Shown: piece by piece, positions 59,321-64,000 of the stretch
Position numbering within the stretch: position 1 is the stretch's first letter
Layout of the letters: each line of letters starts with the position of its first letter
Source: Alphaproteobacteria bacterium
GTDB taxonomy: Bacteria; Pseudomonadota; Alphaproteobacteria; Micavibrionales; SZUA-601
Direction: 5' to 3'
DNA: 64,000 bases
Assembly (NCBI GenBank): GCA_965246875.1
Contig: CBDFFU010000006.1
Span: forward strand, 133,664-197,663
Notes under the pieces: model-generated
Told to the model about the DNA's origin: nothing
What the model saw: the letters and a program-made list of their open reading frames with translations, nothing else
Database searches by the model: none
Made by a program: the position numbers and the translations under genes

Positions 59321-60527
59321 ATTGTGAGATAGATTATGATTTATAATTCAGATGCGGATCAACATGATGACGATCCATATAAAAACGATGAACTAATTGT
59401 AAATGTCAAAAAAAATGGCATGAGTTTGAAATTTGATTGGAAATCGTTTGGCACAGAATTGAATAATAAACTAGAAGACATACCATTTGCTGCTGAAAAG
59501 TTAGACTATCTGATAGCTGTCAATGATGCTGTTGGGTACATCAAACCGATTATAGAAGTTACTATCCCAATTATGATGTCTTTATATGACGACTTTGTAA
59601 GTATAGAGGATAAAGTTAGGTGTGCGGGCTTTGTTTGCAGTTATTCGGCGAATAAAAATTTTCGTCAGCAAGGCTTAAACATACTAGAAGAAAATTACGA
59701 TTCATGTTTCGACACTGGATTTAGAATTACGGCTTTAACAAATCTGCTTAATGACGACCGTCCAAGACACAGGACACAGACAGAACATTATAACAAACAA
59801 GTTGATTATTATAATGAATGGACTACTTTGATCGAGGAAGAGGATGAGCCTAAAGATAAAGCGTTTTCGGCTTATCTCCTGCTTGAGCCTATGAAGCTCT
59901 GTAATATTTTTAAAGCACCTTTGTTAAGTATGATTATTAATAATCTCGATTTTTGTGAAGACTTGGATAATAAAATAGACATCATTACGTTTTGCAATCG
60001 AGAGTTTGAAAATAAGTCTGGAAAAAAAGGCTATATAAACTCAAAAGCAAACAAAACCTTTTTTCCAACTGCATCTAATTTTGATTGGGAGAGCCGGTTT
60101 CTGGATGCTGGATTTCAATTGATGCACAAAACAGGTTATAATGCAGCTATAAAATTTATGTGTTCTCGCGTTGCTGAATGCGACCATCAAGACTGGGTTC
60201 ATAGGGCATATGGTATATTCGACTTTTTATGTGATACATTTGCAGAAAAAGAATATTCACCTTTAGCAGATCTTTTGAGTGTTGAAAAAGGATTTATAAG
60301 CAAATCTGTCCAACAACCTTTTGATTTAATAAAGCAAAGCGACACGTATCTCAATTGGGCCAAAAATTTAAAAAAGAAAGCGCACAAAGATGGTCTAATT
60401 AGTGAATTAAATGCGTTTGAAAATTTACGGTCTAGCTACCAGCATGTGAAGGACATCTCCAAACAAGAAGCTGAAAATAATTCATTAGTTTTGCAAGCTT
60501 CGCTCACAACGTTTAAATATAATTTTT

Positions 60528-61231
60528 GGGGCTGGTATAGATTAGCTGAGTTTAGCCCATAGCTTGAGAGTTGTCAGCTGGCTTTTGGGTGAGCCGTAAT
60601 TGAAGCGGAAGACACATTCCTGAAGGAAGTAAGCGAAGTTCTGTTTCGGGATGCCGTTGTATTTGCGCAAAACTCGTTTTGATTGATTCCAGAAGTTTTC
60701 AATCCCATTGATGTGATTAGTTTTATCAGCGAACAGTTCGCTGTGATTGATGCGATAATGTTTAAACTCAGAGACATCTAGCACGTTATACGAACGATAG
60801 CTGTCCGTGTAGACGATGCTATCAGGCTGGATTTTACGGCGTATAACCGGCATGAGCGTCCGGCTTTTTGTATCGTCGACCATGGCGGCATAGACTTTAC
60901 CACCCCGCTTGAGCAGGCCGAAAACAGGAACCTTGCCGGCAGCACCTCGGCCTCGCTTGCCCTTTCGGACACCGCCAAAGTAACTCTCGTCAAGCTCAAT
61001 CTCGCCGTCGAATGGCTCTTCATCGATCATTTTATCGCTGATCAGGACACGCAATTTATGATAAAACAAGTGGGCCGTATGATAGTTGATACCGACCAGA
61101 TCAGCAGCTGTTCGGGCCGTTACCTGGCCGACGAACATCTCCAGCAGCTTTAACTGAATTTTATGCGATAATTTACAACGATTTAATCCCATCACACCAG
61201 CATAAATTAGATCCTAATCTATACCAGCCCC
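60528..61231 (-). mobile_element. IS1595-family insertion sequence (IS1016-like), 704 bp
   Basis: Perfect 18-bp TIRs GGGGCTGGTATAGATTAG (60528-60545) / CTAATCTATACCAGCCCC (61214-61231); 8-bp TSD TAATTTTT (60520-60527, 61232-61239). Confidence 0.95.
60542..61195 (-). CDS. IS1595-family DDE transposase
   Basis: IELDESYFGG, VYTDSYRSY, HINGIENFWNQSKR, LQECVFRFN. Confidence 0.93.
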   Translation of the reverse strand: MMGLNRCKLSHKIQLKLLEMFVGQVTARTAADLVGINYHTAHLFYHKLRVLISDKMIDEEPFDGEIELDESYFGGVRKGKRGRGAAGKVPVFGLLKRGGKVYAAMVDDTKSRTLMPVIRRKIQPDSIVYTDSYRSYNVLDVSEFKHYRINHSELFADKTNHINGIENFWNQSKRVLRKYNGIPKQNFAYFLQECVFRFNYGSPKSQLTTLKLWAKLS

Positions 61232-61665
61232 TAATTTTTTTTTAATGACAGCAATGACCGGGAAAATAAATTCAACAGAAGATGAATTCTTAAAAAGTAC
61301 CGAAAACAAAAAAAGCGATCGCGCCATGTTTGCTTATGGACGCGCAGAATTAGTTAAAAACGAGTTGATACACGAGCATCTTGTTGATCAGATTTCCTTG
61401 GTTACTGCGCAAAAACAGATAATTGATGATTCTATTCCATATCGCAAATGTGAAACGACTGATTCAAAACAAAAAGCCTTAATAAGGTTGGAAAAAATTG
61501 AAAATCTAGATTTTAGTCCTTACCCATTTGCGCATGCATCAAAGCTTACAATATCACAAGAATTTTCGGTTAAAGAATGGTTTGATGTAGATGATCATGA
61601 TAAAAGCTTGGTGTCATTTGCGGTGTTGCCTTTAAATCCCCGTTTGAATTAGAATTATTTAGCGA

Positions 61666-62151
61666 TCATGGGTCTATCAGTTTAATCTCAAAACTCACCT
61701 TATGCGGCTTGAATCCTGATTTGATAAACAACTCTTGCATCCGCGTGTTGGTGGCCAGGGTGCTGAAGGTCAGACGATCCAGGCCCTTTGCCGCAAAATG
61801 CTGTGCGGCGATGCGACCCATAGTTTTGAATGTATAAAAATTGCGATAGGCCGGTTTGATATAGGCGTCTGAAATTTCACCGACCTGGCCACAGCCGCTA
61901 TCCAGGCCGTCACTGTCGACGACCCAGCCGGTTAGAAAGCCGATGGCATTGTTTTTGTCATCAAGTGCTAATAAGGCAATGCCATTTTTGGCAGTGACAT
62001 TATCTTTCAGATACTGGAAACTGCCTTGGGAGATTTCTAAAAACGGTTTGCGTTCCGGGCGGATGGATTGTTCAAAGAGTTGCAGTTCTTTTGAAAGCTC
62101 GCGCAATTGGTTCCAATGTTGCTCGGTGTGAACCTGGAAAACAGCTGTCAT
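61666..62151 (-). CDS. GNAT family N-acetyltransferase
   Basis: AIGFL, EISDAYIKPAYRN, N.RMQELF.KSGF. Confidence 0.75.
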   Translation of the reverse strand: MTAVFQVHTEQHWNQLRELSKELQLFEQSIRPERKPFLEISQGSFQYLKDNVTAKNGIALLALDDKNNAIGFLTGWVVDSDGLDSGCGQVGEISDAYIKPAYRNFYTFKTMGRIAAQHFAAKGLDRLTFSTLATNTRMQELFIKSGFKPHKVSFEIKLIDP

Positions 62152-64000
62152 TATTTCTTTTTCGCTTCCAGCAAGCTCTGTAAATCGGCTAAACCGGCAA
62201 AGGCTTGATGACCGGCTGGCTTGACGGCTTTAACCGGGATCACGTTGTCGCGCGGATTACCGGAATGTTTGTCGCTGGATTTTTTCTTGTTGAACTGGCC
62301 CGGCGACTGTTTGGTTTTGAATTTCTGTTCGAAATCGGCTTTTTTGTCTGAGCCATACGATTTGTGTGATGACTGGTCATCGCGTTTAAACTCACGGGCC
62401 TGACGCGGCCCGGCCTGGCGCGGCTCGGCAGAGCGTTCGTCACGCGGCGCGCGTAAAAAGAATGGCGTTGCTTTTTTGAGATGATACACACGCACAAGTT
62501 TCGCTTCAGCAGCATCCGGTTTGGCCGACACTTCGGTGTTATCTAATTTTTCTGCATCCGATACGGCAGGTGGTGTGATCTCTGCAACTTCTGCAGCTTC
62601 TGGCACAGCCGCGACTTCGGAATTTTCCAATGTATCGCTTGTAGCCTCTGTTGCTGTGGCAACATCTGTGTCTAAGGCTCGTTCTTCATAGCGGAAACCG
62701 AGGCCATGCAATACGGCCTGCAACGCATCGACCGAGGTGCCGATGGTTGAAGCCAGTGCCGGGTCGAAACTATAGACGCCGTTGACGGCTTTATCATAGA
62801 CGCTGGAATTGACGCGTTCGACCATATCGGCACGTACCGCAATCGGATCCGTATGCACGGCGCCAACACCCTCTTTGTTCAAGAAAACCGGGAAACCCAA
62901 ATGAAAATAAAAATCGCGCGGACTGTCTGCCGGCACTTTGGCAGAGACATTGCCTTGTGCCGGTAATGGCGTTTGTTCGGCCGTGTAGCCGTTCGCCAAA
63001 CGTGACAGGATGGCGCGCTGTTTGAGCGCTGCGGTTTTCAACATCTCGCGGTGATAGACGAAATAGGCACCCAGCTTAATGCCCAGATTGTGCAGTGCCT
63101 GACGGTCTTCGGTGGTCAGGGATGTAATCAAATCCTGCACGGTCTGGCGCAACATGATGCCGCCATGTTCATACAATTGAAACGCAATACCGCGCGGGGT
63201 GCTGGCAATGGCTGGCAAATCCTTGAGTGCCAATAATGGCTGCAGAATCTTGCCTTGGTAAACGGTGAACCAGTCTTCCAGAAATTGCTGCAGGTTTTTC
63301 TGCTGTTCGTCTTTCAGAAAAGACGGGTCGTTTAACACGATTTTCGGCTGATAGACATTATCTGTGGCCACCAGTTTAGCGACGATCATCTCTTCAACGT
63401 TCAGGGGATTGTTATCGATCTTTGTCGACCAGACCAGCAGGCCGTTATCGTTGATCGCAAGATGATCTTTTGCATGGGTGATGAAATCGGTGAGTGCCGC
63501 TTCGATCTGGCCTTGCAACAGATTCTGTGCAGCCTTGGTTAATGCTGCTTTGTCTGCCTTATTGTCCACTAAGCCCATCTGTTCGTCCGCCATGAAAATC
63601 CATCCTTTGAGCGTTCCAATAGGGCGGCCATTGATCAGCACCGTCCCATCAGTATTTATTGTCGGGGTGATCGTACCGTCATTTTTAGCCTCTTGCAACA
63701 AAACCTGGCGCAATAAATGCCGCGCTGACCGGTCAACAAAGCGCTGGGTCAGCCGGTCATGCAGCGCATCAGAGAGCGTGTCCTCCACCCGGCGGGTTTT
63801 GTCCTGCCACTCCTCGGGGTTGTTCAACCATTCGTTAATGTGGGTCACATACGTCCAGGTGCGGATATGCGCGATGCGGGAGAGCAGCGTGTCGATATCA
63901 CCATCCGTGCGGTTCAAACGCTTGATATTCTGTGCGACCCAGTCTTCATTCAGCTTGTGATTGTCTTCGGTCAAATAGCGGAAAATCTCACCGAGGAAAA
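62151..64000 (-). CDS. SUV3-like (MgpS-type) helicase, C-terminal part; N-terminus lies beyond the window
   Basis: DGDIDTLLSRIAHIRTWTY...W....R.VEDTLSDALHDRLTQRFVDR; AVRADMVERV; low-complexity basic tail. Confidence 0.8.
   Translation of the reverse strand, partial: FLGEIFRYLTEDNHKLNEDWVAQNIKRLNRTDGDIDTLLSRIAHIRTWTYVTHINEWLNNPEEWQDKTRRVEDTLSDALHDRLTQRFVDRSARHLLRQVLLQEAKNDGTITPTINTDGTVLINGRPIGTLKGWIFMADEQMGLVDNKADKAALTKAAQNLLQGQIEAALTDFITHAKDHLAINDNGLLVWSTKIDNNPLNVEEMIVAKLVATDNVYQPKIVLNDPSFLKDEQQKNLQQFLEDWFTVYQGKILQPLLALKDLPAIASTPRGIAFQLYEHGGIMLRQTVQDLITSLTTEDRQALHNLGIKLGAYFVYHREMLKTAALKQRAILSRLANGYTAEQTPLPAQGNVSAKVPADSPRDFYFHLGFPVFLNKEGVGAVHTDPIAVRADMVERVNSSVYDKAVNGVYSFDPALASTIGTSVDALQAVLHGLGFRYEERALDTDVATATEATSDTLENSEVAAVPEAAEVAEITPPAVSDAEKLDNTEVSAKPDAAEAKLVRVYHLKKATPFFLRAPRDERSAEPRQAGPRQAREFKRDDQSSHKSYGSDKKADFEQKFKTKQSPGQFNKKKSSDKHSGNPRDNVIPVKAVKPAGHQAFAGLADLQSLLEAKKK

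Larger units (their letters stand above)
59336..61652 (+). pseudogene. AT-rich 534-aa orphan gene interrupted by an IS (parts 59336-60527 and 61240-61652)
   Basis: Removing the IS and one TSD copy joins ...FKYNF-FL-MTAMTGK... in frame; 1192+413 = 1605 nt. Confidence 0.85.

Noticed and set aside
59336-60562. 408-aa and 135-aa ORFs as two independent genes
   Set aside because: They fuse in frame once the IS and one TSD copy are removed.
118-63960. Numerous 60-240 aa ORFs in the track overlapping assigned genes
   Set aside because: Antisense or alternate-frame shadows of well-supported genes, with no recognisable motifs.
1-64000. CRISPR array or rRNA genes
   Set aside because: No regularly spaced direct repeats and no rRNA-like stretch seen.

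Overview
Window from an alphaproteobacterial chromosome, inferred from the FliF-FliG-FliH-FliN-FlbD-FlhA flagellar operon, CtrA-type boxes and PleC-like kinase; Micavibrio/Rhodospirillales-like affinity is only an inference. Most of it is core genome: LpoA-like lipoprotein, rsmI-yraN-BON, hflKC, mrp, a class II flagellar operon with flhF/flhG, recR, two class A PBPs, hisS, bdh, three sensor kinases, uxs plus a glycosyltransferase, ETF-QO, amn, tRNA-Arg(TCT), mutS, dut, ubiE, lysS, aspC and a SUV3-like helicase. The standout is a compact podovirus-type (T7/BPP-1-like) head module at 52294-55639: putative permuted papain-like peptidase, gp7.3-like protein, portal, Bbp19-like protein and scaffold. 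It has no capsid, terminase, tail or integrase, ends at a strong hairpin, and is divergent from a RogA-like HTH-S24 repressor, with four repeated operator-like boxes between them. It is a candidate domesticated, split-locus GTA-like system. Other notable items: an intact IS1595/IS1016-type element (18-bp TIRs, 8-bp TSD) whose removal restores a single 534-aa AT-rich orphan gene, a probably leaderless 44-aa leader-like ORF, a stand-alone SLATT-like 2TM gene, atypical LysRS and HisRS, and a perfect CtrA box ahead of UDP-xylose synthase. All family assignments come from motif recognition by eye; no database searches were run.
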